Assembly (NCBI GenBank): GCA_900299395.1
Contig: OMJO01000038.1
Coordinates: 1-45,057 of the forward strand
Source: a bacterium
GTDB lineage: Bacteria > Patescibacteriota > Saccharimonadia > Saccharimonadales > OMJO01
Reading direction: 5' to 3'
Length of the DNA: 45,057 nt
Below the pieces are notes generated by a model that had not been told where the DNA came from, ran no database searches, and worked only from the letters and a program-made list of their open reading frames with translations. Of the stretch, positions 1 through 9,900 are shown piece after piece; positions within the stretch are counted from its first letter, which is position 1; each line of letters starts with the position of its first letter. The translations under genes and the position numbers were made by a program.

Positions 1-2
1 GA

Positions 3-332
3 CCGTCTGGTGAAGTCTGGGCAGCCAGTTGGAGAAGTTGCTATAGTTTTATGAATCGTCACGCCAAGCAACAAACATGGCGCTGGCTAACGAAAAACTG
101 GTCTTGGCTCGAGAAAAATCTTGGCAATGACCCGGCGTTTTACCGCTTCCCTGTATACGCAGCACGAGCATTTAGCAACGAGTCGTTCTTGGTGGAGTTC
201 AAGAAATTCTTTGAGTCGGTCCAAAATCCTAGTCTTGAACGGAGTATCAATCAAGGCATCGACATGATCGAATGGCAAGCCGACTGGCGCACGCGAGATC
301 TTGCTTTGATAAAAAAATACTTCAATCTTTAG
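3..332 (+). CDS. M1-family aminopeptidase, C-terminal end (5' truncated by window edge)
   Basis: The frame of ORF 51..332 stays open back to base 3. The tail ...WRWLTKNWSWLEKNLG...FSNESFLVEFKKFF...IDMIEWQADW resembles the helical ERAP1-like C-terminal domain of M1 aminopeptidases. Confidence 0.5.
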   Translation, partial: PSGEVWAASWRSCYSFMNRHAKQQTWRWLTKNWSWLEKNLGNDPAFYRFPVYAARAFSNESFLVEFKKFFESVQNPSLERSINQGIDMIEWQADWRTRDLALIKKYFNL

Positions 333-672
333 TTAATATCTGTGATGTGTACGGACACCTGCATATCGCGTCCGCTACTTCTACCGCTTCTAGGGCTATG
401 GCGCCGTTCCACTGGTTCTCTTGCACCCATATACGGGCAGCGTAGTCCATTTGCTGTTTTTTACGATGCGTAATGTAATCTAACCCCGAACCGGCAATGT
501 CGGTTGCACGATACTTCACCTCAATATAAGACACGCAATCACCTTTTTGGGCTACTATATCAATCTCGCACTGTTTCGTCTTCCAATTTGTGTGAAGTAT
601 TCTGTAGCCATGAGCCTGCAGATATTTAGCCGCCACTTGTTCTGCTTGTTTGCCCAATTCTGTCGTATTCAT
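322..672 (-). CDS. yraN: YraN family endonuclease (UPF0102)
   Basis: 116 aa. The pattern LGKQAEQVAAKYLQAHGYRIL..NW...CEIDIVA....YIEVKYR is typical of YraN. Its start overlaps the rnhB stop by 4 nt. Confidence 0.75.
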   Translation of the reverse strand: MNTTELGKQAEQVAAKYLQAHGYRILHTNWKTKQCEIDIVAQKGDCVSYIEVKYRATDIAGSGLDYITHRKKQQMDYAARIWVQENQWNGAIALEAVEVADAICRCPYTSQILTKD

Positions 673-1226
673 GGTGATAGCTCGCGTATTGGTCTGAATG
701 AACGGCGATGAAGCGGCGTTAATCCCAGCTTGTGGATTTGCTCCCGATGAGCTGACGTCCCATAACCAACATGACGCTCAAATCCGTAACCTGGAAATTG
801 CCGAGCAATCTGTTGCATGTAGTTGTCTCGTGCCACTTTAGCCACAATGCTCGCTGCGCTTACTGCCGGTACGGAACCATCAGCTTTTACGATGGCCACA
901 CTATTTGACATTGATTGCAGATAGTTAATGTTCCCATCAGCTATTATTCTGCGCTTATCGAACTGCACCTGCGAAATAGCGCGCATCATTGCCTGCTGCA
1001 CACTCCAGGTAATGCCTTTGGCATCAATCTCAGACGGCTGCACCCAACCAATACCTACTTCGGCATTTTGTTCGATAAACTGCGCCAATTCCTGTCGTCG
1101 CTTTGGAGTTAGCTTCTTAGAATCACGCAAGCCTTCTATGTCGATGCGCAACCGCACGGCCGCTGCTACCAGTGGCCCAGCCCAACAACCCCGCCCAACC
1201 TCATCAAGACCGATAATATCCTGCAC
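669..1226 (-). CDS. rnhB: Ribonuclease HII
   Basis: 185 aa with the N-terminal catalytic motif GLDEVGRGCWAGPLVAAAV and RNase HII-like overall length. Confidence 0.9.
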   Translation of the reverse strand: MQDIIGLDEVGRGCWAGPLVAAAVRLRIDIEGLRDSKKLTPKRRQELAQFIEQNAEVGIGWVQPSEIDAKGITWSVQQAMMRAISQVQFDKRRIIADGNINYLQSMSNSVAIVKADGSVPAVSAASIVAKVARDNYMQQIARQFPGYGFERHVGYGTSAHREQIHKLGLTPLHRRSFRPIRELSP

Positions 1227-1240
1227 TTCTTCATAGTATC

Positions 1241-1262
1241 AAAAAGCCGCCAGATAGGCGGC
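1241..1262 (-). terminator. Intrinsic terminator after rplS
   Basis: Minus-strand hairpin GCCGCC-tatct-GGCGGC (1262..1246) followed by TTTTT (1245..1241), 27 nt after the rplS stop. The plus strand also has a T-rich tail, so it may act in both directions. Confidence 0.6.
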
Positions 1263-1288
1263 TTCTATATTTTTCAGTCAAACTGAAA

Positions 1289-1819
1289 TTATTCTTTGGC
1301 TTCTTCTGATTTGCGAGCAGCTAGTGCAGCAGCAACTTTAGCTTCTTCTTTAGCCTTTTCTTCAGCTTCTTCAGCGGCTTTAGCTTCAGCTTCAGCAGCT
1401 ACTTTTTCGTGCAGCTTAGCTTCTTCCTCTTCAGCTTTATCGTCTCGAATGGTATTTACCGCTTCTCGATCAAAGTCCACACCTGTCAAGCGAGCAGACT
1501 TACCAGTCAGACTACGCATGTAACTTAGGTAATTACGTCGCACCTTGCTTCTTTTAGTAACTTCAACTTTTAGCACGAGCGGACTGTGCAAAAGAAAACT
1601 CTTCTCAACACCAATGCCACTCGCAATACGACGAACGGTTATCCGACTGGTGTGACTGCCTTTGTTGTCAGTCCGGATAACAAGACCCTGGAAGATCTGC
1701 ACGCGCTCTTTGTTGCCTTCGCGAATCTTTTGGTGCACTTTTACAGTATCGCCAGAGCGAACATCAACAACTTGCTGCTTTTTATATTTCTGATCGATTT
1801 TCTGAATAACAGATTGCAT
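1289..1819 (-). CDS. rplS: 50S ribosomal protein L19 with A/E/K-rich C-terminal extension
   Basis: The first ~115 aa show the L19 pattern (VRSGDTVKVH.KI.EG.KERVQ.F.G.VI......G...ITVRRI..G.GVE). They are followed by ~60 aa of low-complexity AEEAKA sequence. Confidence 0.9.
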   Translation of the reverse strand: MQSVIQKIDQKYKKQQVVDVRSGDTVKVHQKIREGNKERVQIFQGLVIRTDNKGSHTSRITVRRIASGIGVEKSFLLHSPLVLKVEVTKRSKVRRNYLSYMRSLTGKSARLTGVDFDREAVNTIRDDKAEEEEAKLHEKVAAEAEAKAAEEAEEKAKEEAKVAAALAARKSEEAKE

Positions 1820-1856
1820 AACCCGTAAATATTACACTGTTTTACCTCTTTGGTCA

Positions 1857-3011
1857 ATGGTCTACAATAGAGTTATGAATTTTAGTGAGGAAGCACTCAA
1901 TAAGCACAAACAACTCCACGGTAAAATTGCCGTCAAACTAAAAGATAACCTCGATAGCAAAGAAAAACTCAGCACCTATTACACTCCCGGCGTTGCAGCC
2001 GTATCGAGCTATGTAGCAGAACACCCTCTTGAAGCCCGTGACTATACCTGGACCAATAACTCCGTTGCGGTAGTTAGTGATGGTTCGGCCGTTTTAGGAC
2101 TTGGCAACATCGGACCACTAGGTGCTTTACCTGTCATGGAAGGCAAAGCTATGCTGTTTAAGCACTTCGCTGATATTGATGCCGTACCAATTGTTCTTAA
2201 TGTGCACACCGCTGATGAGATTGTGTCTGCTGTCAAAGCGATTGCTCCCAGCTTTGGAGGCATTAATCTCGAAGACATTGCTGCCCCACTCTGTTTTGAA
2301 GTAGAGGACAGACTAAAAGAAAGCTTGGATATTCCCGTAATGCATGACGATCAGCACGGGACAGCAATTGTTGTCCTCGCAGGTCTGATCAATGCCTGCA
2401 AGGTAACCAAACGCAAAATCCAAGACTGCAGGATAGTAATCGTCGGGGCAGGTGCCGCCGGCACCGCCATCGCAAAACTACTGCACCACTATGCCCAACC
2501 AAACATTTTGATGGTCGACAGCCGCGGCATCATTAGCCCTGACCGCAGCGACCTTAATGCAGAGAAACAACAGCTACTCAACTTTACCAATCAGAAAAAG
2601 ATGACAGGCTCACTTGATGAAGCCCTGAAAGACACTGATGTTTTTATTGGCGTATCCCAGGCCAACCTACTAACCAAGGAAATGGTACAAAGCATGGCCA
2701 AGCACTCCATTATTTTTGCCATGGCTAACCCTAACCCCGAGATTCTCCCCACTGACGCAAAAGATGCCGGTGCCGCCGTGGTCGCAACAGGCCGTTCTGA
2801 TTTTCCTAACCAAGTTAACAATGCTTTGGCATTTCCTGGAGTATTTCGTGGCGCCCTCAACCATCGCGTCACCAAAATTACGGATGAGCATAAAGTAGCT
2901 GCAGCCGAAGTTATCGCCTCGCTGGTACCTAAACCAAACGCCGAGAACATTATCCCTTCAGTACTTGAGAAGAAATTAGTTCCCGGTATAGCCAAAATAT
3001 TCGCTCAATAG
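1857..3011 (+). CDS. NAD(P)-dependent malic enzyme (no PTA domain)
   Basis: Contains YTPGVA, GLGNIGPLGALPVMEGK and the VGAGAAG Rossmann motif. The true start is probably ATG 1875 (MNFSEEAL...), because TACAAT 1863..1868 lies 6 nt upstream of it. Confidence 0.85.
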   Translation: MVYNRVMNFSEEALNKHKQLHGKIAVKLKDNLDSKEKLSTYYTPGVAAVSSYVAEHPLEARDYTWTNNSVAVVSDGSAVLGLGNIGPLGALPVMEGKAMLFKHFADIDAVPIVLNVHTADEIVSAVKAIAPSFGGINLEDIAAPLCFEVEDRLKESLDIPVMHDDQHGTAIVVLAGLINACKVTKRKIQDCRIVIVGAGAAGTAIAKLLHHYAQPNILMVDSRGIISPDRSDLNAEKQQLLNFTNQKKMTGSLDEALKDTDVFIGVSQANLLTKEMVQSMAKHSIIFAMANPNPEILPTDAKDAGAAVVATGRSDFPNQVNNALAFPGVFRGALNHRVTKITDEHKVAAAEVIASLVPKPNAENIIPSVLEKKLVPGIAKIFAQ

Positions 3012-3051
3012 TACTTGTATTTTTTACAATAATGTTGTATTATAAACTTCT

Positions 3052-3774
3052 ATGGATACCCCCGCGTCTGCAGTACAAACTACTCCTCTCCCAGGACTTA
3101 TGGAAGAGGGACTGTTGGTGGGCGTTGAAACATCTCAAGATACAGAGGTAGTTGGCTCTGTCGATGTCGACGAAACTATTGCTGTAAGCGGCCTGGTGGC
3201 CCATGATTCTCCAGACCATCAAGCAGAAACTGCCATGCCCCACCGAACCCTTTCTAAGCGAGAACAATGGATAATGGACGTGGTCAGTGAGCCAAAAACC
3301 TTTCGAGACACCGTGCTTGGTTACTATATTCGTGGTGAATTTGGTTTTGATAAGCTACCACGCAAAGAAATCCTGCGGCTATTTCAGCGCCATAGCTATA
3401 AGCTTTTAACGCCCGAGGTTTCTGATGCACTCAAGCAAGGACTTGATGATTTGGTTGTTGAAGGAGTTCTCATCAAAAAAACATATCCACAGCGCACCAA
3501 AAAGATTCGAGACACCGTGTACTTACACCTAAGTCCAACCATCGAGGACGAACTTCGCGAGCTCGCTTCTGTCAACGGCACTGCCCAGACCCAGGAAACA
3601 CCAGCTGAAGCCCCTGTAGTAAGCAGTTTTGCGTGGGAAGACGATACAACCGAAGAAGAAACAAGTACCGAACATTATGACGAAGCATTCGAGAGAATGC
3701 TCGGGCCTTTTAAGAGCAGTTCAGCCTTCAAACCCAAAGAGCGTGGGCGACGTGACGAGAGGCGCCGGCGTTAG
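3052..3774 (+). CDS. Hypothetical protein (acidic N- and C-regions, basic RRDERRRR tail)
   Basis: 240-aa ORF with no family recognised. The central part (EILRLFQRHSYKLLTPEVSDALKQGLDDLVVEGVLIKK) looks globular and the N-terminal ~60 aa are low complexity. The start is uncertain. Its stop overlaps the pilB stop. Confidence 0.5.
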   Translation: MDTPASAVQTTPLPGLMEEGLLVGVETSQDTEVVGSVDVDETIAVSGLVAHDSPDHQAETAMPHRTLSKREQWIMDVVSEPKTFRDTVLGYYIRGEFGFDKLPRKEILRLFQRHSYKLLTPEVSDALKQGLDDLVVEGVLIKKTYPQRTKKIRDTVYLHLSPTIEDELRELASVNGTAQTQETPAEAPVVSSFAWEDDTTEEETSTEHYDEAFERMLGPFKSSSAFKPKERGRRDERRRR

Positions 3775-5375
3775 CCAATCACGCGCAGCACTTCATCAAG
3801 AGTCGTAAGCCCTTGGCAAACTTTTAGAATCCCGTCTTGTAACATCGTAATCATGCCGCTGGCAATGGCTGCTTCTTCAATTTCTTGAGCAGAAAGTACT
3901 TTTTTAGGATTTTCCAGTATTTGCCTCATCTGGCCTGACATGGTGAACTGTTCCCTGATAGCCAGCTGCCCAGTGTATCCAAAAGGATTTTCAGCTGTTT
4001 TACCAGGTTTATATAGTTGCAGTTTACTCAAATCCGGCTTGGCGACATGACTGGGTAGCGTATCAACAACTTCTCTTATTTTTGTGAGCACACCTTCATC
4101 CGGCGTGTATGCCTCTTTAGATGCATCATCGAGTTTCCGAATAAGCCGTTGGGCCATTACAAGGCGAATCGCTGAAACAAAAAGCGGGTTGGTGCCGATT
4201 ACGTCCATCATTCTTGTCAGGGCCGCGGCAGCTGATGACGCGTGAAATGTCGACAACACTAAATGTCCGGTAAGGGACGCCTGTAATGCCGTCCTAGCAG
4301 TATCCGTATCGCGTATTTCCCCCACCATCACAATATCGGGATCAAGCCGTAACACTGCCCGAAGTTTGTCAGCAAAGCTGGTCTGACCAGCCGTTTGCGT
4401 CGTAACTGAGATCTGGGTAATACCCGCAAACTGGTATTCGACCGGGTCTTCAATTGTGATTATCTTTCGCTCCTCACTATTAAGCGTATTGAGCATCGAG
4501 TACAGCGTTGTTGTTTTGCCTGAACCAGTAGGACCCACCACCAGTACTAGGCCTGTTGGCCGAGATATGATATCGTCGACAACTTTTCTCTCTGTATCTG
4601 AAAGGCCTAAGCGGTCTAGCGTGTACATAGATTGGTCCATATTGAACAAACGCATCACGATATCCATCCCATTGATGGTAGGTACTGTTTCCAGACGAAC
4701 ATTTACATCGACAACGTTACCGTCAGCCATACGTGCCTTCATGGCGATGTGCCCCTGCTGCGCTTCGTTCGCAGATGTAGACACATTCCCGGCACTTGCC
4801 ACGGCAGATACGAGAATGCGGTATTTTTCTCGCGACAAATGCGCGATTGGGTGAAGGACACCATCAATGCGAAAACGAATTCGGACAAAGTCTTTTTGGC
4901 TCTCCATATGAATATCCGATGCATTCAGTTGATGTGCTTGTTGGACGAGGTAGGCCAACATGTCATCTGCCTTAACCTGCTCAAGGGTGGCTGAAACTCG
5001 CTGTAAAATATCTTGATTACCCGCCTGGTTGAGCTCGATATCCTGATAGACGACTTGTTTAGGGGGGTCATACAGCTGCATGTATTCACGAAAGCCCGCG
5101 TCTGATATCAGCCCAAAACTCAGCCGCTGATCCTGGAAGCGAGAACGTAGGCCGGCGATTGTTTGCTGCGAGGTAGTATTGGTAATACCAAAATTAATAT
5201 TATGCGAGTCGGCATACACAGGAATCACCCGTAACTGATAGAGCTCAGGGACTGTTAGTAAGTCTTTGAAGAGCTGTTTTTGTTCGCCACCTGACGTATC
5301 GAGATATGGAAGTCCCAGTATGCGAGCACGGCGCAGCGTTGACTGTTCTTCGTCTTGACGAGCATTTTCAGACAT
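3771..5375 (-). CDS. pilB: Type IV pilus / type II secretion ATPase (GspE/PilB family)
   Basis: 534 aa with Walker A GPTGSGKTT, the Asp/His boxes of the GspE family and an N-terminal T2SE_N-like region. Confidence 0.85.
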   Translation of the reverse strand: MSENARQDEEQSTLRRARILGLPYLDTSGGEQKQLFKDLLTVPELYQLRVIPVYADSHNINFGITNTTSQQTIAGLRSRFQDQRLSFGLISDAGFREYMQLYDPPKQVVYQDIELNQAGNQDILQRVSATLEQVKADDMLAYLVQQAHQLNASDIHMESQKDFVRIRFRIDGVLHPIAHLSREKYRILVSAVASAGNVSTSANEAQQGHIAMKARMADGNVVDVNVRLETVPTINGMDIVMRLFNMDQSMYTLDRLGLSDTERKVVDDIISRPTGLVLVVGPTGSGKTTTLYSMLNTLNSEERKIITIEDPVEYQFAGITQISVTTQTAGQTSFADKLRAVLRLDPDIVMVGEIRDTDTARTALQASLTGHLVLSTFHASSAAAALTRMMDVIGTNPLFVSAIRLVMAQRLIRKLDDASKEAYTPDEGVLTKIREVVDTLPSHVAKPDLSKLQLYKPGKTAENPFGYTGQLAIREQFTMSGQMRQILENPKKVLSAQEIEEAAIASGMITMLQDGILKVCQGLTTLDEVLRVIG

Positions 5376-5431
5376 ATCTTCTATTTAAGCATAACCACCG
5401 CTGATATGCACCTATCTGCTACTATGGTGCC

Positions 5432-5932
5432 ATGCAACGAAAGATAGTCATTATTGCCAACAACCTACGAAGTGCACATAATGTTGGTTCTTTATTGCGT
5501 ACTGCGGATGGAATAGGCGTTGAGCGGATCTATCTTACCGGCTATACCCCCTACCCGATTGCGCCACAAGATAAAAGACTCCCGCATATTGCACAACGTG
5601 CCGAAAAACTGATAGCGAAAACGGCCCTAGGAGCCGAGCATACTGTACGTTGGCACCATGAAGATAGTGTCGCTGACGTTATAACTACACTAAAACAGGA
5701 TGGCTATGCCGTATGCGCCCTCGAGCAAGCCGAGACTGCAATCGAGATTGCGAAGTATCATGTGCCAAAAAAGATCGCTCTTATACTTGGTAATGAAGTA
5801 GCTGGTATCGACCAGCAAACGCTTGCGCTCGTCGATACATGTCTGGAAATACCAATGTTTGGCGGCAAAGAGTCATACAATGTGACACAAGCAACCGCAA
5901 TGGCATTGTATCATTGCCGATTTATGTCATAA
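5432..5932 (+). CDS. SpoU/TrmH family RNA 2'-O-methyltransferase
   Basis: 166 aa with NLRSAHNVGSLLRTADGIG, LILGNEVAGI and IPMFG..ESYNVTQA, typical of the SPOUT TrmH family. Confidence 0.8.
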   Translation: MQRKIVIIANNLRSAHNVGSLLRTADGIGVERIYLTGYTPYPIAPQDKRLPHIAQRAEKLIAKTALGAEHTVRWHHEDSVADVITTLKQDGYAVCALEQAETAIEIAKYHVPKKIALILGNEVAGIDQQTLALVDTCLEIPMFGGKESYNVTQATAMALYHCRFMS

Positions 5933-5950
5933 GCATGATAAAATAGACTT

Positions 5951-6943
5951 ATGCCCATAAAAACCGCGGCCAAACGACATAGTCGTGCCCCGCGACACAA
6001 ACACACAAAACACTATCTGCAAGCATACTGGCCGTACTTGCCCATGTTGCTTGTAGTCCTTATCGGGCTAATATTTGGTGGCAACCGACCCTTTAGCCCA
6101 GCCAGTCATCGCGGCGTTCTGTCTTATGCAACAGAAATGAGTGCTGGCGCCTTATTAGCAGCAACGAACGTACAGCGCGCAAATAATGGAGCCGCAAGTT
6201 TAACCACAAACTCTCAGCTTAACAGCGCAGCGCAAGCAAAGGCCAATGACATGGTCGCCCGTAACTACTGGTCTCATAACACCCCCGACGGACAAGAGCC
6301 ATGGGTATTTATCCAGAACGCTGGGTATAAGTACTCAAAGGCTGGCGAGAACCTTGCATACGGCTTCGCGACAAGCAGTGACACCGTTACTGGATGGATG
6401 AATAGTGCGACCCACAAGGCGAATCTACTTGATACAGCCTTTACAGAAGTTGGGTTTGGTATAGCCAACAGCAGCAGCTTTAACTCTTCGGGTGAAGAAA
6501 CGGTTGTCGTCGCCATGTACGGTAAACCGCAAGTTCTTGCGGCAGAGAGCTCAGCACCGGCCCCCGCGCCAGCAAAAAAGACAACTACTACACAACCGGC
6601 AGAAACAAAACCTATCGAGACTAAGCCACCGGTAGAAAAACCAGCAGAGAAAAAACAAGACGCTGTCGTCGCTTCTAACAAACCGATTATTGAGCCAGCA
6701 ACCCAAACGGTCACACGCGCAAACATATGGACAAAGGGTAAAACACCCTGGGTTGTTGGGGCAATCGTCTCGCTCTCGGGAATAGGAGCTGTGATATTGC
6801 TTGTCAGACACGGCCTCGGGTTTCACCGCCTTGTAAGAGACGGTGAACGGTTCGTACTCAAGCACCCACTTTTTGACTTAGCACTCGTTACCTTACTTAT
6901 GCTCGGATACGTTTTGAGTGCCACAAAAGGCTTTATAAAATAA
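5951..6943 (+). CDS. CAP/SCP (YkwD-like) domain protein with N- and C-terminal membrane segments
   Basis: N-terminal TM (WPYLPMLLVVLIGLIFG). CAP core (NYWSHN...GENLAYGF...GWMNS..H..N..D..FTEVGFG). P/T/K-rich linker, then two hydrophobic C-terminal segments. Confidence 0.75.
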   Translation: MPIKTAAKRHSRAPRHKHTKHYLQAYWPYLPMLLVVLIGLIFGGNRPFSPASHRGVLSYATEMSAGALLAATNVQRANNGAASLTTNSQLNSAAQAKANDMVARNYWSHNTPDGQEPWVFIQNAGYKYSKAGENLAYGFATSSDTVTGWMNSATHKANLLDTAFTEVGFGIANSSSFNSSGEETVVVAMYGKPQVLAAESSAPAPAPAKKTTTTQPAETKPIETKPPVEKPAEKKQDAVVASNKPIIEPATQTVTRANIWTKGKTPWVVGAIVSLSGIGAVILLVRHGLGFHRLVRDGERFVLKHPLFDLALVTLLMLGYVLSATKGFIK

Positions 6944-6951
6944 TCTCGTTT

Positions 6952-9900
6952 TTACTTGAGTCTGACGTTCGTCTCACCAACAATTTTTTGTAACTCACTC
7001 ATAACCGCATCGCTACCCTCTACCCGTGATGGCAATCGTATTATTTGTTTGTTCACTTCTGGACCAAGCACCAATACAACTTCCGTTTTGCCTACGTTCC
7101 CATCGATAATACTTTTAAGCGTCAGTAGCATCTGATGATCATCACCTTTTTCAATTCGTATGTACAGCCGCTGAGGAAGATCCTCGACCGTCGGCAAAAC
7201 CTGGGCAGCTTTTGGCTTACTTGCCTTTGGCACTTTAGGTTTTTCCCCTGTGGGCTGATACGCCACCGCCTGCTCAGAAGTTAACTCGCGAGCATCATCA
7301 ACTAATACTCTCAGCTCCGTTCCACTTGCGCCATTCTTGTCTTTAGTAGAAAGTTTACCTTTTGCCAATACAACACGATCACGTTCCCAAATACCAGTTG
7401 TTTTTTGGTAGATACCCGGGAAGAGTATTAGTTCAATCTCACTAAACCGGTCAGCCACTTTAACAAATGCCATCTTTTGACCATTTTTTGTGGTAATTTC
7501 TCGCATATCAATGATACTACCACCAACACTAACAACTTTATTGTCATGATCCACCGTTAGCGTATTTAAAGGAATAGTATGCTCAGCCAATAGATGCTCA
7601 AACGCCTCAAGCGGGTGCTGGCTTAAATACAACCCGAGTAATTCACGCTCCCAAAGTAATTGTTCCCTAACTTCAATGCGATTGGCTGGTTTATCTAAAC
7701 TAAGCTTGGGCTGAGCGGCAACTTCTTCGATGGCGTTGCCGAATAAGTCCGTCTGGCCACTGGCCGCTTGTTTTTGCAGGCGCCCACCATATGCCAACAT
7801 GACATCGAGGTTGTGCAATAAAACATCGCGTTCGCCAAACCTATCGAAAGCACTTGCTTTTATCAAACTTTCCAGAGCTTTGCGATTGACAACCCGAGTG
7901 CTAACCCTGGCAAAGAAATCCTCTAAATCAGCAAAGCTGGCTTCTTGGCGTGCCCGCAGAATTTCTTCAACTGCCGCTGTCCCAACGTTTTTAATCGCTG
8001 CCAGCCCAAAACGGATTTGATTTTGTTCTGGTACTACCGCAAACTCCACGAACGACTCGTTGACATCAGGGGCAAGCACCTCGATACCCATGTGTTTGCA
8101 TTCAGTGATTTCTATCGCAAGGCGGTCGGTATTGTCAAAATCACTTGTCATCAAGGCTGCCATGAATGCTGCGGGATAGTTTGCCTTGAGGTAGGCGGTT
8201 TGGTAGGCGATCAATGCATAGCAGGCCGCGTGTGCTTTATTGAAACAATACGCAGCAAAGTCTTCCAGTTGCTTCCAAAAAGTATCCATCGTAGCACGGT
8301 CTGCGCCAACTGTTTTTATGGCGCCCTCTATAAACTCTGCTTTGAGTTTCTTCATGACTTCTGGAATCTTTTTTCCTATAGCCTTTCGAAGAGTATCCGC
8401 TTGTCCACCAGTGAATCCACACATTTCTTTGCTGATCTGCATGACCTGTTCCTGGTAGACAATCACGCCGTAAGAGCTTTTCAGGGCTGGCTCCATTGCT
8501 GGATGCAGATACTCAATCTTTTTCTCTCCGTGTTTTCGTGCAATAAAGTCATCTATCCATTGCATTGGTCCTGGGCGGTACAACGCAACCATTGCAACTA
8601 TATCTTCAAAGACGTTGGGCTTGAGCTCTTTGAGGTATCGCTTCATGCCCGCAGATTCAAGTTGGAAGACACCTGTTGTGTCCCCCTTCTGTAGCAATGT
8701 AAAGGTTTTTTTATCTGTGAGTGGGATATTGTTAATCTCTATGTCAGTGCCGTGTACCCGTTTAATAATCCTCAGGGCATTTTTGATAATGGTAAGGTTA
8801 GAAAGCCCAAGGAAGTCCATTTTTAAGAGCCCAAGTTCGTCAATCGGACCCATCGAATATTGCGTGGCAATGACGCCCTTCTGAGCCTTTTCGAGTGGCA
8901 CAAATTTCACAATTTCATCTGGGGCAATGACCACTCCTGCCGCGTGAACACCATGGCTACGCATGGTGCCTTCTAGCTGAACCGCCAGATCAAATACCCT
9001 CTTTGCCTGTTCGTTTGTTTCGTATTCATGTTTGAGATCTGGTGCGTTGAGTAATGATTGTTCCAATGGTGTATGCCGGCCCTGTATTGGTGGAGGAATC
9101 ATTTTTGCCCAACGATCAGCTTCGGCGTAAGGTACTTGCAGTACTCGTGCGACGTCGCGAACGGCATTTCGAGCCGCCATACGGCCAAATGTCACGATGT
9201 TCGCCACACGATCCTCACCGTATTTATCAACACAATACTGTATAACCTCGTCACGGCGACTATCTTGTATGTCAATATCAAAATCAGGCATGCTTATACG
9301 ATCAGGGTTCAGAAATCTCTCAAACAGAAGGTCATACATAAGTGGGTCAAGTTCAGTGATACGCAAAGCATACGCGACAATGGATCCCGCCCCACTGCCT
9401 CTGCCCGGCCCGAAGACAATCCCTTGATCTTTCCCCCACGTAATAAAATCCTGCACGATCAAGAAATAACCATTGAAGCCCATCCTATCAATCACCCCAA
9501 GTTCGTACTCTGCCCTCTCCACAATGTCTTTTGGCAGTTCCTTTTTGATTTGAGCAACTGTCAGTTTCTTGCTTGCAGCACCTTCGCCGTAACGTCTCAA
9601 TAAACCATGATAAGTTAGCTGGTCAAGGTAGCTTTTTTCGGTTTCTGAAGCAGGTACCGGGAATTTTGGAATAAGATACTGCCCGAGCGTGATTTCAACA
9701 TCGCATCGCTCTGCAACAGCTGCAGTGTTGCGTATAAGGTCAGGATATTTTGCGCCCCATCGTTTAATTATTTCTTGCGGATCAGTAACATGAAGCTCAA
9801 AGTCTTTCAAAGACATTCTTTTTTCGTCTGAGAGGAATGAGCCAGTTTGTACACACAGTAATATCTCGTGAGCTTCTTGGTCTTTGTGCTTCAGATAGTG

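Noticed and set aside
1296-1523. Repetitive GCTTC/AGCAGC DNA considered as a tandem-repeat or CRISPR-like element.
   Set aside because: The repeats are imperfect, have no spacers, and are in frame with the rplS C-terminal A/E/K-rich tail. This is coding low complexity, not a repeat array.
6274-6726. 150-aa and 104-aa minus-strand ORFs inside the CAP-domain gene.
   Set aside because: They lie antisense to a gene with a clear CAP domain. They arise from the low-complexity P/T/K linker region.
7945-8694. 249-aa plus-strand ORF inside dnaE, with similar ones at 9058..9603 and 7730..8020.
   Set aside because: These are shadow ORFs antisense to a clearly real, motif-rich 1203-aa dnaE. Their products are Cys/His/Phe-rich nonsense.
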